A stretch of DNA of 33,505 bases from Catajapyx aquilonaris. Taxonomy: Eukaryota. Location of the stretch: contig KZ539103.1 in the NCBI GenBank assembly GCA_000934665.2, positions 1 to 33,505 on the forward strand. Direction: 5' to 3'. The notes beneath the pieces were generated by a model that was not told the origin of the DNA, searched no databases, and worked only from the letters and a program-made list of their open reading frames with translations. Every line of letters starts with the position of its first letter. The stretch's first letter is position 1. Positions 24,441 to 33,505 of this stretch are shown one piece after another. The position numbers and the translations under genes are program-made.

Positions 24441-25574
24441 TCTATGGATGCGTTGTAATAATCTAAGTACACTAAAACTCACCGGTCTACCGATAGGAGG
24501 GTTCTGCATAAAATAAATGGTGCACTTACCATATTCCTTAACGGACCTGTAAGTGGCACATAAATAGGTCCGGAGGGGTAATGAAATCTCAGGCTCTTTC
24601 CATCCCACTTGTGCTTCGCCTGCACCACAGGGGTGTGGAGCGAATTTTGGTAAGCTTGCACGTACTGGAATCTGAAATTAGGGCCAGTAAAAACCACCAC
24701 TAGTGATATCTGAACATATTTGACCATGTAAACCCTCAGGAAATAAATTTTATAAGTAACAATGGTCATGCCATAAGCCTGAGTTCTACATGTCTCAGGA
24801 GTACCTTGGGTGAGGCAGATGCTGAAGGTGCTCTTTGAATAAATGATTAATTTCAACCTCAAGGTCCTCCTGAGTGGCAGTTTCACACCTGGTGAAGCCA
24901 CTTGAGCCTCTTGGTCTGATGTAATAAGACCCTCTTGCCTCGAGGCAAAGTCAACTGCCCATGCTTATCAAGTCTCGTTGGTACTCATGGGCAGTGACAG
25001 ATCTCCTTCTCTGCTCTGCGGAAAACTGAAAAGCAAGTGGAGTGCATCCAAGTCAAGCAAAACTTCATGAGGGTTACATCTAATTGCATTACATCGACAT
25101 TTTTACACTGATGTTCTCTCTACGGCGAAGAGATTCATCATGGCGTTTGTTGGTCTCAAAGGTAAAGTAGCAAAAAACAAACATCCCTCATTTGAAGTTG
25201 TACATCGTAAGTGCTAAGTATCTTCTGGCAAGAATATATTCTGTAATTGATGCATTTCCATTCCCTACAAGTTGAGTTTGTTCCATATGTGTGTACAAGC
25301 TCTTCTGATGCTGGGGGGGGGGGGNGTTTGGAAGGGCGTATGTTTACGTACTTTTCATGACACTTAGGCCCGTAAAAATGCACGGGTGGGATCTCACCTG
25401 TCTGCAAGGAGACCCTCCGCTGCAGCTAGGGGGCTGGGCTGGACACGAGACGGGGCAGCGCAGGGGCGGATCCGAGGTCCGACAAAATAATGCTGCTGTG
25501 GTCCACCCACACCAGCCAAGACAAAGCCTCTCACAGTCAGACGACTCCAGCTTGACTTCAGCAACCAGTCAGGT

Positions 25575-25980
25575 GTCACATCAGTGGGTTCTGGCGCTTG
25601 TAGTCCCTGGTTGGTTCGCTCCTGCACAATTGGAGGTGGCAAAAACCTATCAGGTAGAACCTTTAACAAAGAACTTCTCCATGGCCGACAACAAGATTCA
25701 TTATGGCACTTCACAATCTGTAGAAAATACTGGCACTCTCAAACATGCTCTGCCTTCCACTGAGAATCTGCAAAACGAAAAGAAAAAATTATACTATGAT
25801 AACATTGACAAGAAAGAATACAGAACTGTAGTCGACATGATTTCAAAATTCACAAAAGTGAAAATGAACTTTTCCTTAAACTGTCATTCAATACCTTTTT
25901 CCATTTGCAGCGATTCTTCTGATTCTTCTGGCAAAACATAATGTGCCATAACTGGAAAACCATCTAATACAGATTCAGAC
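25575..25980 (-). pseudogene. Intron-containing fragment of a DDE transposase C-terminal region (Zator-like, tentative)
   Basis: Splicing a GT-AG intron 25894-25768 gives SESVLDGFPVMAHYVLPEESEESLQMEK-DSQWKAEHV*ECQYFLQIVKCHNESCCRPWRSSLLKVLPDRFLPPPI. I recognise the 'IDG.PV.A.Y...HVR.SQY.LQIVKC...CC...R....RFLP.P' pattern of a widespread transposase-derived family. TGA sits at the expected Arg. The Zator label is from memory. Confidence 0.55.
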
Positions 25981-26049
25981 ATCTATGCCTGGGAAACTAA
26001 TGCGCAATTTTATCAAGTCTTGGGGGCGGAGCCCTGTACGATATTTCAA

Positions 26050-26400
26050 CAGGACTTCCACAGAATTGGGTTAGATCGCGTGAGAAGATCTTCCAGTCCA
26101 CGCACGGTCATCTTATCATTGGCCAAGCGCATGCTGGGCAGTTTGGGGCAATTTGTGGCAAGAAAGGAGACATTTGTCACCTACTCCTTGGGTTCTGTCC
26201 AAGGCAACTCTTTCGAGTTTGCGAACCGCTGTCTGTAGAGAGAAGAGCGAGTCGACCCACCCCATGCCAGGATTTCCATTCGACTGCATATACACTGCAT
26301 TCAGATCAAGCCGGCGGAGGTTACTCTGGCCCAAAAATGAAATATTTCGTGCGGAACCCCATATTTGCAAGTTCCAAAAATAATACATTTTCAAACTCCA
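26050..26400 (-). pseudogene. Leucine-rich repeat (cysteine-containing, FBXL/AMN1-type) gene fragment
   Basis: NLRRLDLN...KLERVALDRTQGVGDKCL [frameshift ~26165] LATNCPKLPSMRLANDKMTVRGLEDLL fits the LRR-CC consensus V.D..L..LA.NCP.L..L.L.....T..GL..L. Confidence 0.6.
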
Positions 26401-26634
26401 TGGGATTACATTAGCGACCACATATAATGACATTGAAGTGTGTAATCAGTTTCTAGACCTTTTCTCATTCTTTCAGGGAGCATGTGAATCGATATATCGT
26501 AACCTAGGCAACGTATCGATGCCAGTATCGGCTTGGGCGATAACATCATGGCGGCCTATGACGCTCATTGCAAACATGTCCAACGTCAGGAATAAATTCC
26601 ACAGCCCAGCTGCACCCAAAGTACAGAGCGGAAG

Positions 26635-27580
26635 GGGATATGGTGTCTTTCGGCAACTCTCCCGCCCCTACCAATAGCTCCGGGAACCTTTTAGGATCAA
26701 GAGCAGAGCAGTCTTTCAGCAAATCCTTGTTGGGGGAGAAACGATTCCGTAAGCCCTGTATAACCTGGTCAACTATGACGAGAAAAGACAATGGTTGGAA
26801 AGTGATCCTCTTGAGCTGCAACTGCATTCGGGCCACGGTCTCTTCCGATTGCATGAAAGTTTGAGGCAATCTCCACATCCAAACCCTTTCCAGAAAGTCT
26901 TTTATTCACAGCATTTATGTAGCGTCTTGCCTTTTTACGGAAAGCAGTCCCGCAGTTTTCCCACTTTTTAAAGCAAGCTTTCTACCAATGCAAATGTTAC
27001 CTGATAATCAATGTCTGGTGATTGCCTTGATTTGGAAACTGGCGTGCTTTCTTTGAATATATCTTTCATGATAAGGGCAGTCAGGATTGTCTCTATCTGC
27101 ACCATGCATGAATGAGTGTGCCGGCAGAAAATGCAGCCTTAGACTCAAACGAGGGTGACGACTGTATTTCACTCATACATGCTAAGTAATCTACTAGTCT
27201 ACTGTTTTGTTCATCCCCAAGTTCGTCCTGTTCATCTGTAACCGACAACAATGCGGCCGGCTTACTCCACCATCGCGTAGCACCAATTTTCTTCAGTTTT
27301 CTTAATTTATCATGGAAAGTGCTGGAAGCGTTAACGAATCTTAACCACACCTACATTCGCTTGTGCGAGTCAGAAATAAATACCGCCCCAGTTTCAACCA
27401 AACCAAATAGTTTTTTTATTTCTAAGCAGGAGGTAGTACAAGTACTCAGACCTAAATTTAAACAATGGCCATCAGCACAATGAGGGAACATTACATTCGG
27501 ATTATCGGCTTTGAGCCTTGTCTGTACCCCTTTGTAGCATCCAGACATATTATACGCTCCATCAAAAGAACATGCTATAG
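26635..27580 (-). pseudogene. Degenerate hAT transposase (ZMYM1-like/Tip100-type) catalytic and insertion domains
   Basis: FDGAYNMSGCYKGVQTRLK...HC..HCLNL, KLKKIGATRWWSK, D..IQ.LRNRF...ALDP. In-frame stops at ~27351 and ~27093 plus frameshifts. Confidence 0.9.
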
Positions 27581-27796
27581 TACGGCGGCTTATTGAAGGT
27601 ATTATGCACTTCGAGCCAAAAGCGATTTAAATTTTTTTTTCGTGATGTACGCACCAAAAGGAGCATTTTGAGGGTTGGAGCCACCTCCAAAGGTGTCTGG
27701 TAATATTGTTGTACACCCCCGCAAAGTTTTATATGTGGCATAAGTGATTAGGTTTGCATCAGATTCCCTCTACATTGGCTAGAAGATGACTTATCA

Positions 27797-28245
27797 TTAC
27801 ATATCGCCATCCTTGCTCTCCTGACAACCACCACACTTACAGAGTGTCGTGCAGGGAAGACCAACCTTGATGCAACCACAGCGCCTTGTGCAGGACTCAT
27901 TACGTCCACATGAAATAAGAGATCGGCAGGCTTCCCTGCAGGTGGCAAAGAAGTCCATTTGACCTGAAATATAAATGTCATATTAACATGGCATTAGATA
28001 TACAAGTGCTTAAATTCGTAAAAAGTTAATTTTTTATAAACGAATGAAACTTACGATCCAAATCGGAGACGCTGGACTCGCTTCCATCCATCCACATTCA
28101 GCAAGATCGGGTAGTTTCGGATATTTAACAAGGCTTTGCCCCCAAACATGCCTAGCTTGATATGCTGCTCGTAGGACGTGTAGGTGCAAGGCATCTTGAG
28201 TCGGTGGAATATTTTCTATATCCCTGCCTTTGTGGGTGACCAGGT
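27797..28245 (-). pseudogene. C-terminus of an Academ-type transposon protein (post-XPG region plus Cys-rich CXC/Cys8 finger), two exons
   Basis: IENIPPTQDALHLHVLRAAYQARHVWGQSL...ECGW, then a GT-AG intron 28054-27964, then VKWTSLPPAG [frameshift ~27930] ACRSLISCGRNESCTRRCGCIKVGLPCTTLCKCGGC...stop at 27797. Confidence 0.75.
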
Positions 28246-28398
28246 GCTTCAGCATTATTTTTAAAAACCATACGTTCTTACTTAGTACTCAGACTTTGGT
28301 TAATGTACATAAAGAATATAGATAACATATTATTATCGATATTGAATATTCTATGGGTATGGTATATAAAATAATGAGTCTTTAAGTGTAACTTTTTA

Positions 28399-28745
28399 TC
28401 ATCCGTCCATGTCTTCTCCGGGTTGGTATTCACACGTGGCCAGGTAGTCATCTTCGACTGACCATTCAATATTATTTCGGTGACACCAATAATCATAGTA
28501 TTCATCTTCTTCATTTATTCTAACCCACGCTTCACATCTTTGTCCGTTTATAATCTCATAACCAAAATCGAGATAGCAGCCATCTATATGATCTTCGTCA
28601 TATAAATTGGCAAATTCAGTACCATCAAATTCAAAAATCGCATCATCTAAACAGTAGTCCCATTTATCGATAAATTCATCGTCATCTTCATCCCACACGT
28701 CATTCAGAGCGTAGCTATATCGAAAGATATATCCCAGGCGGGATA
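28399..28745 (-). CDS. Orphan acidic, aromatic-rich ORF (~115 codons open, no upstream in-frame ATG), function unknown
   Basis: VWDEDDDEFIDKWDYCLDDAIFEFDGTEFANLYDEDHIDGCYLDFGYEIINGQRCEAWVRINEEDEYYDYWCHRNNIEWSVEDDYLATCEYQPGEDMDG. Strongly biased D/E/Y/W composition and AT-ending codons unlike the GC-rich ankyrin genes. Confidence 0.5.
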
Positions 28746-28799
28746 TATCTCATGGGCGGGGCTCGATCCCGTGCTCCCTCAGACGCCCTCTTACGGAAG

Positions 28800-29730
28800 C
28801 CCCGAAGGGTCAACCACAAACACTCTTCTTTGGGGACAATCTTTCTCCCACAGGCGCAAACACAGTTGAGCCGGGTGGAGAGAGGGGGCGCTCCCTAAAT
28901 TTGGGAAGGGGCTGAAAATGAACTATTTTTTGGCGCATTTTTTCAGTTCGTGGTTCCAAGTACACCAAACAGCAACTCCTACACCTTCGACAATGGCTTA
29001 TTCCTAACACATAACTAACTAACCCATCACCAAACAGCAACCCCTACACCTTCGACAATGGCTTATTTATTCCCTTACACATCCATCTATGTACATTTTG
29101 TACAAGTTAAATAATCAGGGAGACATGACACAAACCTGCTTAACCCCAACACTAATGTCAAACCAGTCAAAGAAAGAAACCCCACTAGTTCTAACAAAAG
29201 CTCTACCTTCTTTATACAATGACTTTTTGACTTGTGACCCGCTTAACTCTTTCCATCAAGCCTTTCCCTGGTACTGTACACTAAACTACTGTACAAACTA
29301 ATTCATTCATATACCGATACATCACGGTTTTCCCAGCGGGGTGCCAGTGGATAATGTGGAACGACCGAACAGGTCCTCCTTACACTCACATGGTCATTAA
29401 CTTATATACTAAAAGACATCAACAAACAAAACAACCCCGACACCGGTTCCCCCGTGGAGACCAGAGGGCGAAGGGCGCCTTTAAACAAACATACACATGT
29501 GCACACACTTCCAGTTGGGGGTGGGAGTGGGGGTGGGGGTGGGGGTAAAGGGGCACTAAAACGCGCGCACACGCACACGCACACAGGCCCATCTGCACTG
29601 CATCAGCACTCCTCTTGTGTCTTGTGTCATTTCGGAGATTGTGGTTGCCTTAGGAGGGATGATCCTCGCGTAGCCGCGCGTAGCATACTCCGAGCGGTGA
29701 CGCCGGCCTGGACCNCCCCCCACATCGAGT
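28800..29730 (-). mobile_element. Probable 5' part of an LTR retrotransposon (LTR remnant, PBS, 5'UTR)
   Basis: Minus strand ...tcgttccACA (29355), an 8-nt spacer, then TGGCACCCCGCTGGGA (29346-29331), resembling a tRNA-Arg primer-binding site. GT-rich UTR-like sequence follows. The distal LTR end is not defined. Confidence 0.45.
28963..29067 (+). repeat. 40-bp direct repeat x2
   Basis: caccaaacagcaac(t/c)cctacaccttcgacaatggcttatt at 28963-29002 and 29028-29067. Confidence 0.9.
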
Positions 29731-29829
29731 GAGTGATGGGTACTAAATGCTCTAATTAAATGCTAAATACTAACTACTGCATAAAAATGTAATTAAATCC
29801 TAAATGCTAAATCTAGCCTAATGTATATT

Positions 29830-30100
29830 TCCAGACCTACCACACTGCAAGATATCCGGGAAAGCAAAAAGATTATGGGTGGAGTAACTTTGGTTTCGAC
29901 TGGGGACTTCAGGCAGACATTGCCTGTTGTATATAGCGCGAGGCACACGAGCCAAGGTTGCCTCAAGCCTTCTTATGTCTGGACTCATGTTACTAAATTC
30001 CATCTCTCTACGAACATGAGGGCCTATTATTTTGCTTGGTGACCACTCCTCAGAGGAATTTGCACGTGACCTGTTAAAATTAGGAAATAGCCAATTTAGA
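29830..30100 (+). pseudogene. Helitron PIF1-like helicase internal fragment (motif III-IV region)
   Basis: LQDIRESKKIMGGVTLVSTGDFRQTLPVV...CLKPSYVW..V.KFHLSTNMR, then after a frameshift EEFARDLLKLGN. Confidence 0.9.
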
Positions 30101-30225
30101 ACCGATGCCCTAGGAAAAGAATGTTGACATGGGATTGATCGGTACAAAGGTGTCCCCTGTCGACGAATGAAATTTTAAGTCTTTTCCAATACCAGAGACA
30201 CAGTTGGTTGTGTGACAGAGCAATA

Positions 30226-30845
30226 TTAACTCAGAAAAACAACGCCGTCCCTCTCTACTTCAGGTACGCAAAAAACTAGTTTTGTTTGGCCCATTACAGT
30301 GGGAGAATTACGCATCTCTCTATGGTGAACTGTTAATTGGACTTTTGTTGGGAAATGGTCTGAACCAATATAGTCTAACACTTGGAAATCTGTAACCGAG
30401 GCAAGAGCATTCAAGGATACCACTATGTAGTCAATCACCGATTGGCCTCCTTCACAAGAGTTAAACAATGTGTGTATTTTGTCAAATGGTACCCTTCTTA
30501 CATCATACAGATAACGTTTGCGAGGAGATCTAAAGAGAGGACAGACGTAAAGTAAATGGTATAGGTTGAAGGTTTCTCTAAAATTACATAATGGGTATAA
30601 TTCCTGCCCCATCCAACCTATCTTGTACCCATCACATCACAAATATAAATTATTGCATCTAAGATTGATCCACAATCTAAGCAAATGGACGGGAAGAGAC
30701 ATGCTGCTATAATGCTGACGTAGGTAGGTGGGGTTAAGGTCTAAGTAATAACTATTTGTCGAGGATGCTGCCATATTTAGGTAATCTTGTTGAATTGAAT
30801 TATCTATAAATGTTTGCAGTAATCTTACCCATCGTGCCTTCCAGA
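30226..30845 (-). mobile_element. Non-LTR retrotransposon ORF2 fragments: C-terminal region/knuckle joined to an APE endonuclease C-terminus
   Basis: YPLCNFRETFNLYHLLYVCPLFRSPRKRYL (degenerate CCHC) followed in frame by GQSVIDYIVVS...SDHFP (APE motifs). Confidence 0.85.
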
Positions 30846-32075
30846 CTAGTCTGTGCGTCGCCGCTTCACACCTCTCTGGCGATTGCAAAACTTTTTCTTT
30901 TCTGCCATGATGTAGGAGACAACCTCATCGTGGCCGTTTGCCTTGGCCAGATCCTCTGGCGTTTGGCATTGGGTCGTGGTGGTGGTGGCCTCCAGGTCGG
31001 CCCTCTTCTTCACCAGGAAAGCCACCACATTTTTGTGGCCACGATAGGCCGCCACATGCAGAGGAGTCCTACCATCAGCAGTGGTGGCCTCCAGCTTGGC
31101 CCCCTTCTTCAAAAGGAACCGCATCTTGGCCTTCTGGCCATGGTGGGCCGCCAGATGGACTGCGGTCTGCCCACCTTTGTTTGCAGCGTCCACCTGGGCC
31201 CCCCTCTTAAGCAACAGCCTGACTACAGCTGTATGGTTGTGGGAGGCCGCAAGGTGTAGCGGGGCCTCCCCATCAACGTTCACGGCCCCCATGTTGGCCC
31301 CCTTCTTCACCAGTCCTGCGACCATCTCCAGGTTGTTGTGGTAGGCTGCGAGGTGGAGGGCCGTTTCCCCCTCTTTATTTGTGGCCTCCAGTTGTGCCCC
31401 TTTGGCCAGGAGCATCTGGATCATCTCCCAGTTGCCCGTGGTGGCCGCCAAGTGTATGGCCTCGAAGTCGAGATGGGTTTCCCAGGGTACGCTGCCCTGG
31501 TCAACTCGTCGTTACATCTGGCGTTGATCTCAGCACCGTTGTGGAACAACAGCTTCGCTATACTACCTACATGGCCACCGCTGACGGCGCTGTGCAGGGG
31601 CGTCATTTGGTTGAAGCCGGGATCGTTTACGCTGGCACCGGCACCAAGGAGGGTCTGCACCACCTCCTTGTGCCCATGCCAGGCCGTCCAGTGGATGGGC
31701 TGGTCGCCCCTCTCATCACAGGCAGACAAGCTGGCCTCGCTGCCAATGAGCAGCTTGCATGCCCCAACATGCCCGTTTTGGGCAGCCCTGGAATAAACCA
31801 AGATAATGTAACGATATAAACCATGATAACTTAATACAATGTTGAATAGCAGCAATTCACCTGTGAAGGGGTGTAGCCTTTGCTGTCGTGTCTGGCACGT
31901 TGACGTCGCAACCCTTCTCCATCAGATACTGCAGCACGTTCTTGTGGCCATTTGCTGCCGCCTTATGGATGCAGGCTTCACCCAAGTGGTCCACTGCGGC
32001 CAAACCCCCCTCCCCGTGCTCCCTTGCATGTCCCTTGAGGACGTCCAACTGTCCTTCCCATGCAGCGTCCAACAT
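30846..32075 (-). pseudogene. Ankyrin-repeat protein, copy C (most complete; ~10 repeats plus a basic NLS-like tail; single frameshift)
   Basis: Acceptor cag|GCCATG at 32078, exon 32078-31861, 73-nt GT-AG intron 31860-31788, exon 31787-30846. 1-nt deletion at 31470-31471 versus copy B (atc tc gac vs atc tct gac). Ends KKKFCNRQRGVKRRRTD-stop. Upstream donor GAT|GTGAGT at 32178/32177. Could be an intact gene if the indel is an assembly error. Confidence 0.9.
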
Positions 32076-32289
32076 GGCCTGGGTGAAGACCAACAGTCGC
32101 ATGTTTAATACATAATTATGTTTCACAGGCTTCACAGTGTAGGTCTAGGCCTATACACAAAAGCATAGGCTACTCACATCAGCTACTCCTTCGTTCAGAG
32201 ATGCAGGAGCTGCACAATTTTCACAGTTGGGTTCCTGTTGATGATAATACAAGTATTCTATAATATTAAAATGCTTGCGTTGCACCTTG

Positions 32290-32435
32290 CACGTATAATC
32301 CCTCTGATTGGTCCGCCCCCGTATTGTTGCCGCCACCTCTTCCCATTGGCCCCCGTCCATTGTTGCTGCGTCGTATCCATGGCGCATTGTTACCACGACG
32401 CCTCCGATTGGCCCCCGTTCCGAGCATGCGCAATG
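32290..32435 (-). promoter_or_regulatory. Candidate promoter of ankyrin copy C: three CCAAT boxes, a GC box and an NRF1-like site
   Basis: ATTGG at 32307, 32345 and 32407, each followed by (tccg)cccccgt. TGCGCATGCTC near 32422-32432. TTATA near 32295. All oriented toward the gene. Confidence 0.6.
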
Positions 32436-32577
32436 GGGGTGGAACACGTCCAGTTGCCTGCTGACCTCCTTGGGAGAAGGTCGCTTTTTTTTCGTCTCTC
32501 CCGCCGCCGTCATCGTCCCCCTGCCGGACCTTTACCCCTTCCCCACCTATGCTACCTGTCCCCCCTTCGCCACGGCG

Positions 32578-33505
32578 TAGGGTGACCAACTTTTTACTGG
32601 GCCAACCCGGGACATTAAGCTGCTTATTAATAAGCTGTTATAATAGCAGTTTTTTATAAGTTAATGAAAATACATGTTTCATATATTAGATTATTTTAAG
32701 GTTCAGTCTGCTAGAGTGATATATAGGCCCAACCTGATACACATCCTCACCAGAGCCCAGATGACAGAGGTTGAGAGGTGACAAGTTCAAGCAATAATAA
32801 ATACAGTGAACCCTCAATTTTCCAGTTATCATATCTTTCCAGACAAAATTCTGGATGACCTTAACACCAATTCACAACCATCTTGTCTTTTCTTTAACAT
32901 GAGGATAAAACTTAATACTAATGACAATCATAGAGAGTCAGTGTTAAATATATCTGAATATTGACATGCAACCTTTTCAATCTTTCTGTTTCCCTTTCCA
33001 ATAATACTTATCTGACCTGGCTGCAGCTTTTAGAACATCTCTCTTGTCTTTTATATAATGGTAAAACTGAAGACAGTCGAATTTTAAATTAACTTTGACT
33101 TGCAACTCTGCCCTCATCAAGCCCACATTACACAGATTCCTGGTATCATTCCAGTGAGACGCCATCATGCTAAATATTCTTTCCACAAAAGCATTTGCAC
33201 AAGGAATACTTAGAATCTTGCTTATAAGCAACAACAGGTTTTTGAACTTGTATGAATTACTCTCCAGTTCACCAAAAATGTCCACCCATTTTTTTGTCTA
33301 CTGCTTTGTCGGGGAAGGCCATTTGATTGTCCGTGAAATGTTTTGCATCAATGAATTCATCGTATAGGCTATCCATATCCAATACGTCCATCATTTTTAG
33401 ACACTCAGATGCACTTTGGATGTCCTCATAAGTCAAGCTTTTTGTTTTCAGCGAACATGGTGTCAATGCACATAGGTAATTTGAATTTGTAAAGGCAAAG
33501 TTTGA
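32578..33505 (-). mobile_element. 3' end of an hAT (Blackjack-like) transposon
   Basis: Terminus TAGGGTGACCAAC...CCCGGGACA at 32578, ~400 bp beyond the transposase stop. The element runs off the window. Confidence 0.8.
32977..33505 (-). pseudogene. hAT transposase C-terminal dimerisation domain
   Basis: LYDEF...VDKK [frameshift in T7 run ~33290] WVDIF...NLLLLISKILSIPCANAFVERIFSMM..HWNDTRN...ELQVKVN..FDCLQFY...SDKY. Confidence 0.92.

Noticed and set aside
25385..25399. GGTGGGATCTCACCT identical to the hairpin at 5405-5419
   Set aside because: An isolated 15-mer with no flanking similarity that overlaps a plausible minus-strand splice donor; probably coincidence.
25357..25941. 194-aa + strand ORF
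   Set aside because: It is the antisense shadow of the minus-strand transposase fragment and crosses its intron.
30810..31819. Multiple + strand ORFs over the ankyrin genes (also 22469-23073 and 23608-24466)
   Set aside because: Antisense or alternative-frame shadows of GC-rich ankyrin coding sequence.
22225..32075. Recent horizontal transfer of Wolbachia or viral ankyrin genes
   Set aside because: The genes have GT-AG introns, GC-rich codons and a CCAAT-type promoter, so nothing indicates recent bacterial origin. An ancient origin cannot be tested without a search.
32151..32589. Overlapping 90-120 aa ORFs upstream of copy C
   Set aside because: They run through GC-rich promoter motifs, have no domain signal, and are open on both strands as expected for GC-rich DNA.

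Overview
Eukaryotic genomic DNA from a draft assembly, probably an arthropod (inferred from spliceosomal introns, insect-type transposon families, single Ns in G/C runs and a 201-N gap). It is transposon-dense, and I found no clearly intact protein-coding gene. 0.2-11.6 kb: bracketed by a diverged ~1 kb inverted duplication and packed with four long foldbacks and nested DNA transposons. These include a Sola-like element with a 4-bp TSD that contains a Helitron helicase fragment, a DINE/HINE-like repeat and a Tourist-like MITE, plus a separate TA-flanked Tc1/pogo-type MITE. 11.6-21 kb: a CpG-rich promoter-like block and canonical + strand exons with no long ORF, an hAT MITE with a perfect 8-bp TSD, a long-TIR element and a MADF fragment. 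21.5-33.5 kb: three tandem minus-strand ankyrin-repeat paralogues, all frameshifted or truncated, interleaved with mostly minus-strand fragments (LINE, Zator-like, LRR, hAT, Academ, LTR/PBS, Helitron, an orphan acidic ORF). The strongest unexplained signals are: (i) an ankyrin intron 70/73 identical between two paralogues whose adjacent exon has nearly saturated synonymous sites; (ii) different frameshifts in the same codon of two paralogues; (iii) strand-biased TE fragments downstream of a duplicated promoter-like region, resembling a piRNA cluster. All family assignments come from motif recognition by eye; no database searches were run.
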